Part shown: piece after piece, positions 10,201 to 19,068 of the stretch
Numbering within the stretch: position 1 is the first letter of the stretch
How the letters are laid out: each line of letters opens with the position of its first letter
Source of the DNA: a virus
Strand: one strand, 5' to 3'
DNA: 64,000 bases
Virus record (IMG/VR): IMGVR_UViG_3300046001_004063
Coordinates: 11,098 to 75,097 of that record
The notes under the pieces: model-generated
The model's input: the letters and a program-made list of their open reading frames with translations, nothing else
What the model was told of the DNA's origin: nothing
The model's database searches: none
Made by a program: the position numbers and the translations under genes

Positions 10201-11304
10201 AGTTTCCCCTGCATCTGGTCCCATATCACTGCCATCACGTTCGTGTTGATGCTTGTGTGTGAGTTCATGAGCCACTGTGCGCAACACATCCATGATGTGT
10301 CGCTGACCCCAGGCCACTTCTAACATTTTTTCATCGTCGTTATACCGGCCAAATGTTTTGTGCCGCACAGGCCATTGTGGATCCTTGCGCAAGCGAATGC
10401 GTGGCATCTGTTCAATCGTTAATTCTGCAACACAAAACTCCACAAAGTCTGTAAGTATGTCTTCGTCTGATTTGGGTTCTTCATTCAAGAACATCTGTGT
10501 TGTGGGACTTACTCCGTCCCATGAAGCGCCAACATCTTCTGTGGCTTTGAATCCGTAGGTGAATCTAAATGGTTTATCAATTTCAATCGTGCGTTCTTTA
10601 AGACTCAGTGCTCGATCTTTGGCAGCGGTTCTGGCATCATACAGTTTTTGTATCACACCCTGCGACCGCAACATCTTGTACGCAATGTTTTCTGGACCCA
10701 GTTCACCGTGCTGATCAAGACCAGCTTGACGCATCTTTTTAATCTTGGCAGCAGTGTTGGTCAAGCGTTTTAGACTGCCAGATTTTACTGCTGATTCAAT
10801 GCGATGTTTGATCACATCGTACTTGCTCTTTACCGCAGTGTCGTTTACTGTGGAACGTTTCTTAAGTGGAATGTTGATCCAGTCGTTGTTCAGCACACTG
10901 AATATGCCTTGACTGACTGCTGATTTGTTGGCGTTTTCCACATAGAGTTCTACATCGTAGCCACCAATTTTAATATTGTGTGTTTCGTTGTACTGAAACT
11001 TTTTAGCATCAAACAGCTCGCGATACACTTCACTCACATCTGCTTCAGGCAAATCAACTACCAGGTGCAGGTCAATATCACTATGTGGAGTATATGTATA
11101 ACCAGCATTGCTGCCGGACAAGGTAATGTCTTTGAGGTTTAGATCTGTAAGTCCAAGACTCTGTTTAAAGTCTTCGGCAATTTGTAACAGTTTAGCCCGC
11201 ACCTGTGGGCGCATTTTATTAGCCTGCCAGATACGTGGATTTAACTGTTCGTTGAATTTCACAGCGTCGGCGAGGTTATAGGAATCTAATTCAGAAATAT
11301 TCAT
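7240..11304 (-). CDS. polyvalent protein: Pol-beta nucleotidyltransferase + zincin-like metallopeptidase + amidoligase (COOH-NH2 ligase type 2) + C-terminal repeats
   Basis: GSNAG...SDIDLH; HELTH; GMEFE, DGSL, EFVSP, STGLHIN, KYTSIN, IEFRSPGG. Start moved to the ATG just after the TAAATA box. Confidence 0.8.
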   Translation of the reverse strand: MNISELDSYNLADAVKFNEQLNPRIWQANKMRPQVRAKLLQIAEDFKQSLGLTDLNLKDITLSGSNAGYTYTPHSDIDLHLVVDLPEADVSEVYRELFDAKKFQYNETHNIKIGGYDVELYVENANKSAVSQGIFSVLNNDWINIPLKKRSTVNDTAVKSKYDVIKHRIESAVKSGSLKRLTNTAAKIKKMRQAGLDQHGELGPENIAYKMLRSQGVIQKLYDARTAAKDRALSLKERTIEIDKPFRFTYGFKATEDVGASWDGVSPTTQMFLNEEPKSDEDILTDFVEFCVAELTIEQMPRIRLRKDPQWPVRHKTFGRYNDDEKMLEVAWGQRHIMDVLRTVAHELTHKHQHERDGSDMGPDAGETGSPYENEANARAGVLMRDYAKLHPEHFAAGQADELAEASGYIPTKKQARDPRFSMALTQDVRPGAVGKEANKLGLKTDSQGHPGLLMTGLANALREFKETGRTSNKSYGYNSTPLSQVPGEREDELGNQEATGPEFPPQFPAGTTKIDVKDLTDWYQLGMDISDLDDAKPENYNQGPPQTVVVFPSDEAEQGYLKQFKRLGLKTHDIDPDVEGGEDVTDKHQPKTDEDLIAEGIDDMLFEINMSTGSLRREAAKTGAIAGMEFEMIVPNVEGGDDDGQMEADYSYDEGVSSIQEAYDFFYDGDYNSRGDVTRLRDRMQDEYYEWLSESFDTRWDGDESEFVYNYLKENASADEIAEILGTEPGVDGEYVADKQAYRDATEKVIEESYGNYWYDAARESAQEDFNQNADLESEWLEDRDLNRMSDIEREYNMSWPHFEQQGGGEASIEDVANEFQDAIGRDVRASGNYHSGGVTRPSPTAQHYIVEPDGSLEADDSDDVGLEFVSPPLPIDDILSDLNKVKKWAKVYGCYTNDSTGLHINISVPNYSRENLDFVKLALLMGDEYVLDLFGRAGNTYAKPAIKMVRDQVRQKPDEAERLLNKMKGNLDSLASKAIHSGVTSKYTSINTKDGHIEFRSPGGDWLDQNFDQIENTLLRFTVAMSAALNPEMYREEYLKKLYKLLTQDNKGSDTIKYFSEYVAGKIPAAALRSFVKQAQLERKLKKDPTGGEKYWWSVGRPGYGASVEVVATSKEEAIEKGRAEYPDWATANDMTAKPLRPYEQSAKTVRYEIYNKQTGNSVEDADGITNDEEALVRLNDYIEHGPHSLQRGQAERMFGIRTVGGVGIVDIDMPIAAGRAATSPTGQWKIIDGLGREVYRFRPAVNTRAKANELAAVWAREYNWDGNYQVEPAEETASTPAAGSTADLAQQRATPGTFTGAWKIVDSDGNELHRFSGIGNQQRDANRVATQWLTDNGYSHGADVTVLPIVS

Positions 11305-11326
11305 GATTGTAATATTTAGCGCAAAT

Positions 11327-11354
11327 AAAAAAGCCACTGGGTAAAGTGGCTTTT
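11327..11354 (-). terminator. rho-independent terminator, possibly bidirectional
   Basis: AAAAGCCACT-GGGTAA-AGTGGCTTTT perfect stem with T/A tracts. Confidence 0.8.
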
Positions 11355-11377
11355 GGATTGGCTATTAAACTAGCAGT

Positions 11378-12283
11378 TTATTTCTTTTTACTGGCTTTTT
11401 TACTCGATGCCAACACTTTAGTTTCGGCTGGCGCAGGCACGGCAGCGGCTCTAGCGGCAGCCTGTCTTGCTTCCACCATTGGCGTAACATCAGTGATCAG
11501 TTTCTCTTGTGCTTCGTGAGCAAATGTGTACGTGCCGGTGTGACGCAATAAAACACGTTTGTCAACCCAAACCCGACCGCCCAAGTCACGCCAGTTTTCA
11601 CAGAATGTCCAGTCTTCCGAATAGTAGCGATTTTCACGCACTGCTGTGTCAAAGTAGGTTTTCATGTAGGGATTGAGTTCTACTGGCAGGCCAATGTCGT
11701 TGATAAACGGCTTGGTTGCAGGGTGTGCATTCAACTTGTCAAACACATGACGCTTGACCAAGAAGAAGCCTGTGCCTGTTTTAGACACTTCTTGTAAGCC
11801 GTCAGCGCCTTCTTCTGCACCGTCAAATCCGTTGACGCACCACTTGATTGGAAGTGACTTCATTGGGTACAATCCGCCAATAACATCCACGTCACGATTT
11901 AACATGACCAACAGGTGCCATGGCTCCCAGCCAATGTCCGCATCAACGAACATCAAGTGTGTTGAATCAGGATTGGCCAAGAACTTGGCAACCATTGTAT
12001 TACGAGCACGACTGATCAAACTTTCGTTTGTGAGTGTTTCCATGGTCCAATCAATGCCCAATTGACGTGCAGTATTTGACCATTTGATGTAGCTCATAAA
12101 CGTTGACTCAGTCAACATACCGCCATAACATGGCATACAAATGTGAACACGGGTGGTTTTCAAGTAGTCAACATTTACTTGAATTTGTTGTTGTTGCCCG
12201 CCCACTTGTTGTGGTGTTGAGGGTGTTTCTGTGGTGGGTACAACATCTGGCATTTTGCCGGTTACGTTTTGTTCGTCAGCCAT
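11378..12283 (-). CDS. GT-A fold glycosyltransferase-like protein
   Basis: SLISRARN, FVDAD (DxD), GTGF, SEDWTFC motifs. Confidence 0.78.
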   Translation of the reverse strand: MADEQNVTGKMPDVVPTTETPSTPQQVGGQQQQIQVNVDYLKTTRVHICMPCYGGMLTESTFMSYIKWSNTARQLGIDWTMETLTNESLISRARNTMVAKFLANPDSTHLMFVDADIGWEPWHLLVMLNRDVDVIGGLYPMKSLPIKWCVNGFDGAEEGADGLQEVSKTGTGFFLVKRHVFDKLNAHPATKPFINDIGLPVELNPYMKTYFDTAVRENRYYSEDWTFCENWRDLGGRVWVDKRVLLRHTGTYTFAHEAQEKLITDVTPMVEARQAAARAAAVPAPAETKVLASSKKASKKK

Positions 12284-12346
12284 ATTTTCCTTAAAAAGTT
12301 AGTCAGATATTTACTAACTTTGCTTGCGGGTGTGATTTTTTTGAGG

Positions 12347-13237
12347 TTAAATTTCTACTGTGATTAATTCAAATTCGTCAGCACGATCTTCGTAGCCAAC
12401 ATAACCACGTGGGTTACACACGATACGTGTAGAACCAATCCGGTAGTCAAACGGGTGATGTGTATGTCCGTGTGTCCACAGCCGGATCTGCGGATGATCC
12501 AGGATATAATCATTCATATCACTACTGTAGCCGCCGTTCATGATTACATCATCTGCATAGCGTGGATGTGTGCTTAACTTGCTGGGACTATGATGTCCAC
12601 AAACTACAAACTTCTGTTCTGGGTTGCCTTCGATGATTTGCTGAATATAGCCTCGGAATTTTACATGTTCTTCCATGGCATCTTCGGGACTAAACTTTGC
12701 AGTACGAGTCTTGAAGATGGGTTTTTCACGGTTGTCTACTCCGTTGATTTGCTCATAGTTCTTGTAGTTTACAACTCGGTTGGAGTTTTCAACACAGCGG
12801 AAGTCGTTCATCATGCTGGTCATGTGATACAGAGTTATTCCGTCACCGTTGTTCATGTCTGTCCACAGTGTGCCGCCAATAAAGGTAACATCACCAATGA
12901 TTCGAATTTCTTTTTCCAACAGGTACACATTTGGCAAGTAACTGAGTACGTCTTTTAAGTGCGTTTCTGTGCGAGCAAAGTCACCGTTGTAGTGCTCGTG
13001 GTTGCCCATGATGTAAATCACATGCGGGAACTGTGCAGAACATCTTTGCATAAAATCGTGATAACGATTACTTCGGTAATCTGGACCCATGATTCCGTGT
13101 GGATCACGTTGCGTTATATCCTTGGCCACAAGAATATCACCAGATAGAATCAATACTTCTGCGTTGTTGTTGTTGGTTAGATCTAAGTCACCAAATTCTA
13201 GGTGAACATCACTTGCTATTGCTATCTTCATACTCAA
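12347..13237 (-). CDS. calcineurin-like metallophosphoesterase
   Basis: SDVH, GD, GNHE, HGHTH, NPRGY. Confidence 0.9.
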   Translation of the reverse strand: MSMKIAIASDVHLEFGDLDLTNNNNAEVLILSGDILVAKDITQRDPHGIMGPDYRSNRYHDFMQRCSAQFPHVIYIMGNHEHYNGDFARTETHLKDVLSYLPNVYLLEKEIRIIGDVTFIGGTLWTDMNNGDGITLYHMTSMMNDFRCVENSNRVVNYKNYEQINGVDNREKPIFKTRTAKFSPEDAMEEHVKFRGYIQQIIEGNPEQKFVVCGHHSPSKLSTHPRYADDVIMNGGYSSDMNDYILDHPQIRLWTHGHTHHPFDYRIGSTRIVCNPRGYVGYEDRADEFELITVEI

Positions 13238-13249
13238 TACTCCGAGCGA

Positions 13250-14005
13250 TTAGCGATTATATGTTTTTTCGTCTATATAATCAGGGTTGATGTGTGTAAA
13301 GTCAGCGTCAATGCTGTTTACTTGTTTTTCTAATTGTAACACATTCTCCAGCCACTCCACAACCTTGACATTGCCGATCTGACGCGATTCGCGAATATAA
13401 TTTTGGGCTTGCTCAGAAATGCCCAATTTCTTATCAAACACTGCACGAATTGCCGAATCTGGTTGACCATACAAGTCAGCAATCACTTGATCTTTGTCAC
13501 GGTCGTTGCCTTTGAGATACATTTTGCGTATTTCGGATGCAGAGTTAGCATCAACGCCATTTACTTTAAAGTTGATAGTGGGAGTGATCACAACGTAGCC
13601 ATGTTTGGTCATGGGCTTTATTGACTTTTTATTCTTGGGCAATGGTTGTAGATAACCTAGGGAGCCATCTTTTTTAGGAGCAAAATTAAAACGTTCGGCA
13701 TCCTTGGCGCTTACAGCAAATATCAGCACTGTATTTTTCTTTTCTTCATCAGGGATAGCACTGGTAATTTCAACAGCTTGATATGGATTTTTTACGTTGA
13801 CAATGCGACCAGCCGGAATACCCAGTTTAGTCATCATCATTACTTTATCAGAATAACTAAAAGGACTGGTAACAGGTGCTTGTACACCACTGGTAGCAAT
13901 AAAAATGCTGTCGTTGCTAAACTGTTTGTTCAGCCAATCATAACTGGCCTTATGGCCTTTATGGAATGGGTGGAAACGTCCTGGGTAGATTACTAGATAA
14001 TTCAT
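13250..14005 (-). CDS. cytidylyltransferase-like (HxGH) nucleotidyltransferase
   Basis: YPGRFHPFHKGH and SASEIR. Confidence 0.78.
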   Translation of the reverse strand: MNYLVIYPGRFHPFHKGHKASYDWLNKQFSNDSIFIATSGVQAPVTSPFSYSDKVMMMTKLGIPAGRIVNVKNPYQAVEITSAIPDEEKKNTVLIFAVSAKDAERFNFAPKKDGSLGYLQPLPKNKKSIKPMTKHGYVVITPTINFKVNGVDANSASEIRKMYLKGNDRDKDQVIADLYGQPDSAIRAVFDKKLGISEQAQNYIRESRQIGNVKVVEWLENVLQLEKQVNSIDADFTHINPDYIDEKTYNR

Positions 14006-14021
14006 TATAGCATATTTATGC

Positions 14022-14456
14022 TTACATGTTTTCTAGTAGCCACAGGTAAATTGGTGTTGTAAACCGTAAACTCACATGGCCATTGCAGCCCATATCGCCG
14101 TAAAATTTGTCTTCAACAGGTGCTTGTGATCCGTTAAAACTGTGATGATACACACTTTGGTCAACAAACACCTGTCCTAATTTAATGTCGTCAAATGCAA
14201 TATTAGCAATGGACAACATTGCATCTTTGGTAATATTACCGTTGTCGTCTATAACGGTGTGCTCCGGAGTTTTATTTTTCATCACGAACTTAAACTCATG
14301 TTCGCCGTCGTCGTCGAGAATTTCTAAACTCACAGGAGTTAGGTTGTTTACGTGGTCGATTGAAAGGAGTGAAACATTGTCTAGTACCACTTCAAACCCC
14401 AGAGCAGAAGTGTAGTCAGAGGAAGTGAGGTCAAATGTTACTGTTATTTTATCCAT
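14022..14456 (-). CDS. hypothetical protein
   Basis: 144-aa ORF in operon. Confidence 0.65.
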   Translation of the reverse strand: MDKITVTFDLTSSDYTSALGFEVVLDNVSLLSIDHVNNLTPVSLEILDDDGEHEFKFVMKNKTPEHTVIDDNGNITKDAMLSIANIAFDDIKLGQVFVDQSVYHHSFNGSQAPVEDKFYGDMGCNGHVSLRFTTPIYLWLLENM

Positions 14457-14465
14457 GATAATGCC

Positions 14466-14849
14466 TTAGTATGAAACTGAAACGTTGTTGATGTAAGCAG
14501 GGTTATTGTCGTATTCTTCAAAACTGGTTACCACTGCTTTTAACCAGGAAAAATTGCCGGTTAAATTAACAGGGTATCTAAAGTCTGTTGCTGGTGTAGA
14601 TCCATCACCGTATTCAAACACATCGAACCAGTTGGCGTCTGCGGGATCAAAATCCAAGGTTGCTTGCAAAGTTATCTTGCCCGGAAAGTTATCAACAGTA
14701 ATAAACACAGTTTCTAAACTGCCTTGTCCTTGATAATAGCCCACTGCTTTAACAGGATTGCTTTCAAAGTCAACAGTACTACCATCATAGTTGCCGCTGG
14801 GAGTGCCGGTCACTAGGTCGCTTAATAATGTCAACGTTGTGATAGTCAT
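14466..14849 (-). CDS. hypothetical protein, possibly structural
   Basis: 127-aa beta-rich ORF. Confidence 0.6.
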   Translation of the reverse strand: MTITTLTLLSDLVTGTPSGNYDGSTVDFESNPVKAVGYYQGQGSLETVFITVDNFPGKITLQATLDFDPADANWFDVFEYGDGSTPATDFRYPVNLTGNFSWLKAVVTSFEEYDNNPAYINNVSVSY

Positions 14850-14850
14850 G

Positions 14851-15015
14851 TTATGCTCGTTCCGCTTCTACAACAACCCCTGCACCAGCAAGTTCTTCTG
14901 CTACACTTTGTAGTGCTGTAACAATGTCTGCTGTGGCAATTTCGATGCCAGCATCTGTATCTTTGACCAATTTTGATAGTTTGATCACAACTATTTCTTC
15001 GTGTATTTTTGCCAT
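14851..15015 (-). CDS. small hypothetical protein (MAKIHEEIVVIKLSKLVKD...)
   Basis: 54-aa ORF read manually; fills the gap; TAAGTA 7 nt upstream. Confidence 0.7.
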   Translation of the reverse strand: MAKIHEEIVVIKLSKLVKDTDAGIEIATADIVTALQSVAEELAGAGVVVEAERA

Positions 15016-15025
15016 AGTATATTAC

Positions 15026-15700
15026 TTATGATTTTATGATCTGAATTGTGTTTTTTATCAAGCCGGGATATACCAAACTCAACATGGTCATCCAGCCAGT
15101 GTCCGTGTGATCCACAAAATAGTAAGATTCAGTCCAGCCTCGCCAATTAGTGTGCAATGTCCAGTCCCGTAACCCAGGGCTTAGTCTGATACCTTCTTGC
15201 TTTTTCAACAAGTTGCTGATTGATCGTTTTTGCTGTTCGTTTACCACCACTGATCTCAAGTAGGTGCGATGCGTGTATGCAGATTCTTTAAGACAGATAG
15301 TGTCTCTGGGACGATCAATCACTGCTTGTGTGTAGGTTAGATAACTGAGCCCTGACACTGTGTCTGTTATTTCAGAGAACAGTTCGGGATCATTGGTGTA
15401 CACACGTACTTGATTGTATTCTATCACCACTTTGTGTTGATGTTTGGTGTTGATCAACACATCACACATGCTGTGTAAATTTTTTACCGCGTCATCTGTG
15501 ATGGCTCGGTTTGCAGAATAGTAATCTTGTAGTTTGTTTACCCACTCTCTACGTACTGATACAACGTGATCAATTGCGTCATGGTCAAGTTTACGCAGGC
15601 AACCTGCTTCTCGCAACCGGCCGTACATGCAGTATCGATATTGATCGTAAAACAACCGATCTTTACTTACATCATTGAATGTTGGGATTGAATTGGTCAA
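15026..15700 (-). CDS. hypothetical protein
   Basis: 224-aa ORF overlapping the 3' end of clpA. Confidence 0.7.
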   Translation of the reverse strand: MTNSIPTFNDVSKDRLFYDQYRYCMYGRLREAGCLRKLDHDAIDHVVSVRREWVNKLQDYYSANRAITDDAVKNLHSMCDVLINTKHQHKVVIEYNQVRVYTNDPELFSEITDTVSGLSYLTYTQAVIDRPRDTICLKESAYTHRTYLRSVVVNEQQKRSISNLLKKQEGIRLSPGLRDWTLHTNWRGWTESYYFVDHTDTGWMTMLSLVYPGLIKNTIQIIKS

Positions 15701-17954
15701 TTACAATGTATCCTTCGTCATTGACAACAGGTATGGTCAATGTTGATGTGGTTGTGAATTCCACTGCGTCATTGACCATACCAGCATGAATTGCACAGTC
15801 AGCAATCTGATCAAACAAGATGCGCTTGCTCAATGGCACACAAATCAGTTCGTCAATTTTGCGACCCAATGGACGAGCACCCATCTTGGGATCGTAACCT
15901 TTGTCTGCCAACATGTCGATCACATCTTCAGCAAAGGTAAGACGAATGTTCTTGCTCAGCAATGTTTCCTGCAACTCTGCTGTGAACTTGACCACAATCT
16001 TCTTGATGGCCAATTTGTCCAACTTGTTGAACTTGCACACTTTGTCAATACGATTACGCAGTTCTGGTTTGAAGAACTCTTTCATGGCACGATCTTCCTC
16101 GCCACTCTTTTCTAACGATTGACCAAAGCCAATGTTGTTGTTTTCATTGTCTCTAGCACCTAGGTTCGAAGTCATGATAATGATACAGTTCTTGACGTCA
16201 ACTGATTTGCCACTGCTGCCAGTGATCCGGGCCTCGTCCAGCATCTGCAACATGATGTTGACCACATCTGGGTGTGCCTTTTCAATTTCGTCAAACAACA
16301 AAATACTGAACGGATGCTTGGAAATATCGCTGATCAACTTGCCGCCACCCACATTGCCGTCGTCGAAGCCCACATATCCAGGAGGTGCACCAATCAAACT
16401 GGCAATGCTGTGCTTCTCTTGGAACTCACTCATGTCATATTTCAGCAGGTGCATGTCGAGATTTTTACTCAGCAGTTTGGCCAGTTCTGTTTTACCTGTG
16501 CCGGTTGGACCTAGGAACAAGAAACTGGCCACAGGCTTTTTAGCATTGCCAATGCCGGAGAAGTTGATATAAATGCGTTCTAGCACAGTGTCAATGGCTT
16601 CGTCTTGTCCGTACAGGAACTGCTTGATGTTGCCTTCGAGCTCGGTAACTTTGGTACTGCGTTCGTTTTGTAATCTATCCAACGGAACCCCTGTGACACG
16701 ACTGAGTTGTGCCATGATCATGTCACGGTTGATAGTGACTGTGCCTAGGTCTTTGACCCGCTCTCCAGCACAAGCGCCATCCAACAGGTCAATTGACTTG
16801 TCAGGATTCTTGCGATCATGAATGTAGCGTCCACTTAGTTCCACAGCCGCTGTCATTGCTTCTGTGTCAATTAGCACATTGTGGAATGTTTCTAACCGGG
16901 GGCTAATGCCAATTAAGATTTGTTCAGTGGTTTCTGCATCGGGCTCACCAATGTTGACTCTGTGGAATCTGCGCATCAACGCACGATCCTTTTCAAACGA
17001 TTCGTAGTATTCTTCCCAGGTGGTACTAGCAATCACTTTGATGTTGCCTTTGGTGATGGCCGGCTTGATCATGTTGGCAAAGTCCAAACTGCTGGAGCCA
17101 CTGGTGCCTGCACCCATCATGGTGTGTGCTTCGTCAATGAACAAAACACAGTTCTTTTTGGTTTCCAGCGCGGCAATAACGTCCTTGAACTTTTCTTCAA
17201 ATTCGCCGCGATACTTTGAACCTGCTAGTAAGGATCCAATTTCTAATCCCCAAACTTCAGAACCTTTAAGGAACTCTGGAACACGACCTGCGTTGATCTC
17301 CTGTGCAAGCCCGTCAATGATGGCAGTTTTGCCCACGCCAGGGTCGCCTACCATCAACACGTTGGCCTTGAACTTGCGAGCCAACACAGTGATCATTTCT
17401 TCAAGTTCAGTGGCTCGACCAATCATGGGCTCTAACTTGCCGTCGGTTGCCATCTTGCTTAGATTTGTACAGTGTTGATCCAGTATCTCGTTTGCACTTT
17501 CGTTGCTGAGACCTTTTTCTGGTGCGCTGTGATTCTTTTGATAGAACTCAGCAAACTCAGTTTTGTGAACGCCATACTTCAACAAGAAGTAGTGTGCATG
17601 GCTGTTGTTTTCTGCCATCATTGCTAGATATAAATCCAACAGTGTAATTGCTCTGCGACCGGTAAACAGTACCTGCGTCAATGCACGATTAAACATACGC
17701 TCAAGGCCATTTGTTTTTCGTGGTGTGTAATCTTCTTTGCTGGTTAGTAAACTAACCTGACTCAGGATGTATGCACTGAGTTCGCCTTCGAACTGTTCAA
17801 CGGCTGTGCCGTATTTGGTCAACACCGATCGAAACGGTGCGTATTGAATCATGGCCATCAATACATGTTCAGTTATTACATAAGCATGGTTGTGGGCTTT
17901 TGCAATAGCAACAGCATTGTTAACAATCTTTTCAATTTCAGGATTATTTTGCAT
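15672..17954 (-). CDS. clpA: ClpA-type AAA+ chaperone / Clp protease ATPase subunit
   Basis: Clp N domain; Walker A motifs GDPGVGKT and GPTGTGKT; IGF ClpP-docking loop; no ClpB middle domain. Confidence 0.9.
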   Translation of the reverse strand: MQNNPEIEKIVNNAVAIAKAHNHAYVITEHVLMAMIQYAPFRSVLTKYGTAVEQFEGELSAYILSQVSLLTSKEDYTPRKTNGLERMFNRALTQVLFTGRRAITLLDLYLAMMAENNSHAHYFLLKYGVHKTEFAEFYQKNHSAPEKGLSNESANEILDQHCTNLSKMATDGKLEPMIGRATELEEMITVLARKFKANVLMVGDPGVGKTAIIDGLAQEINAGRVPEFLKGSEVWGLEIGSLLAGSKYRGEFEEKFKDVIAALETKKNCVLFIDEAHTMMGAGTSGSSSLDFANMIKPAITKGNIKVIASTTWEEYYESFEKDRALMRRFHRVNIGEPDAETTEQILIGISPRLETFHNVLIDTEAMTAAVELSGRYIHDRKNPDKSIDLLDGACAGERVKDLGTVTINRDMIMAQLSRVTGVPLDRLQNERSTKVTELEGNIKQFLYGQDEAIDTVLERIYINFSGIGNAKKPVASFLFLGPTGTGKTELAKLLSKNLDMHLLKYDMSEFQEKHSIASLIGAPPGYVGFDDGNVGGGKLISDISKHPFSILLFDEIEKAHPDVVNIMLQMLDEARITGSSGKSVDVKNCIIIMTSNLGARDNENNNIGFGQSLEKSGEEDRAMKEFFKPELRNRIDKVCKFNKLDKLAIKKIVVKFTAELQETLLSKNIRLTFAEDVIDMLADKGYDPKMGARPLGRKIDELICVPLSKRILFDQIADCAIHAGMVNDAVEFTTTSTLTIPVVNDEGYIVIDQFNPNIQ

Positions 17955-18008
17955 CTTTTCCTTTTGTGGTTCGTGTATATATTATTATACAGCAATTTGT
18001 TTTATATA

Positions 18009-18788
18009 TCAAGAGGTAATTGTTCGTTTTTGCTCTATCATGTCCAGCAGATCTTTTGGTATGTCTTTGGGAATCACTGCCTGTATTTGAACCAGCATGT
18101 CTCCAGGGCCTGTGCGTCCGGGCAATCCTCTGCCACGTAATCTCAGTCGAGCGCCAGGCTGTGTGCCTTTTGGCACAACAATGGTTATCTCGTTGCCGAG
18201 CAGGTCTTTAACTGTGGTTTCAGTGCCTAGTATAAGATCCCAGATGTTTACTTCGTGGTCAGTCAACAGGTTTGATCCTTGTCGACCCCAGGTTGAACTG
18301 GCAGCAATTCTAAAAGTTATCACAAGATCACTGCTGTGTGGTCCAATGCCCCGGTACTGAACACTGTCACCATCGTTGATGCCCACAGGTATTTCTATTT
18401 CTACTGTGGATGCTCCAATGCCAATTGTGCGTTTGCCACCTGTTGCTACATCTGCCAGAGTAATGGTTAAGTTTGCACGACTAACTGCAGGCTGTTGGCG
18501 TTGTTGACGCTGTCCAAACTGTGTGCCAAAAACATTAAAGATAGTATCAAAATCAAACTGTGGGCCACCTGCCGGATTAAAGTTGTTGAATTGTGGTCTG
18601 GGATTGTCATACTGTTGTCGTTTGGCGCTGTCGCCTAAGGTATCGTAGGCAGCTTGTATTTCTTGAAACTTGGCAGTATCTCCACCTTTGTCAGGATGAT
18701 GCTGGCTGGCCAACTTACGAAAAGCCCGTTTGATTTCATCTTGCGTGGCAGTTCGGCTCACGCCCAAAGTTGAATAGTAATCTATCAT
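18009..18788 (-). CDS. DnaJ/CbpA-type J-domain co-chaperone
   Basis: J domain with HPD; C-terminal domain; no zinc finger. Confidence 0.92.
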   Translation of the reverse strand: MIDYYSTLGVSRTATQDEIKRAFRKLASQHHPDKGGDTAKFQEIQAAYDTLGDSAKRQQYDNPRPQFNNFNPAGGPQFDFDTIFNVFGTQFGQRQQRQQPAVSRANLTITLADVATGGKRTIGIGASTVEIEIPVGINDGDSVQYRGIGPHSSDLVITFRIAASSTWGRQGSNLLTDHEVNIWDLILGTETTVKDLLGNEITIVVPKGTQPGARLRLRGRGLPGRTGPGDMLVQIQAVIPKDIPKDLLDMIEQKRTITS

Positions 18789-18789
18789 G

Positions 18790-18823
18790 AAAAAAGTCCT
18801 GTACAGTTAATTATACAGGACTT
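18790..18823 (-). terminator. terminator hairpin overlapping the -10 of the dnaJ-like promoter
   Basis: AAGTCCTGTA-N10-TACAGGACTT followed by a T-tract on the - strand. Confidence 0.6.
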
Positions 18824-18838
18824 GCAGGGTCGAGTCAA
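18810..18838 (-). promoter_or_regulatory. sigma70-type promoter
   Basis: TTGACT-17-TATAAT. Confidence 0.75.
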
Positions 18839-19051
18839 TTACTTCTTAACAGGAACTTCGTGTCCTTCTAGCTTCTTGTGTACTTTGACTTCTTTGCAGT
18901 TTTGTTTGACTTTTTTGGTTTTTGGATCAATCACATCTCGGCCTTCTTTGTCTTTGACATCAACACAAACTCGAGTTTTTTCTTTTGGTTCTTCAGCCAC
19001 TGCAAATTGACTACCTAGGGCCAATGCTAATGCTAATACGATTTTTTTCAT
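18839..19051 (-). CDS. small exported protein
   Basis: signal peptide MKKIVLALALALGSQFAVA; two Cys. Confidence 0.75.
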   Translation of the reverse strand: MKKIVLALALALGSQFAVAEEPKEKTRVCVDVKDKEGRDVIDPKTKKVKQNCKEVKVHKKLEGHEVPVKK

Positions 19052-19068
19052 TTTGTTTTTCCTTTATT

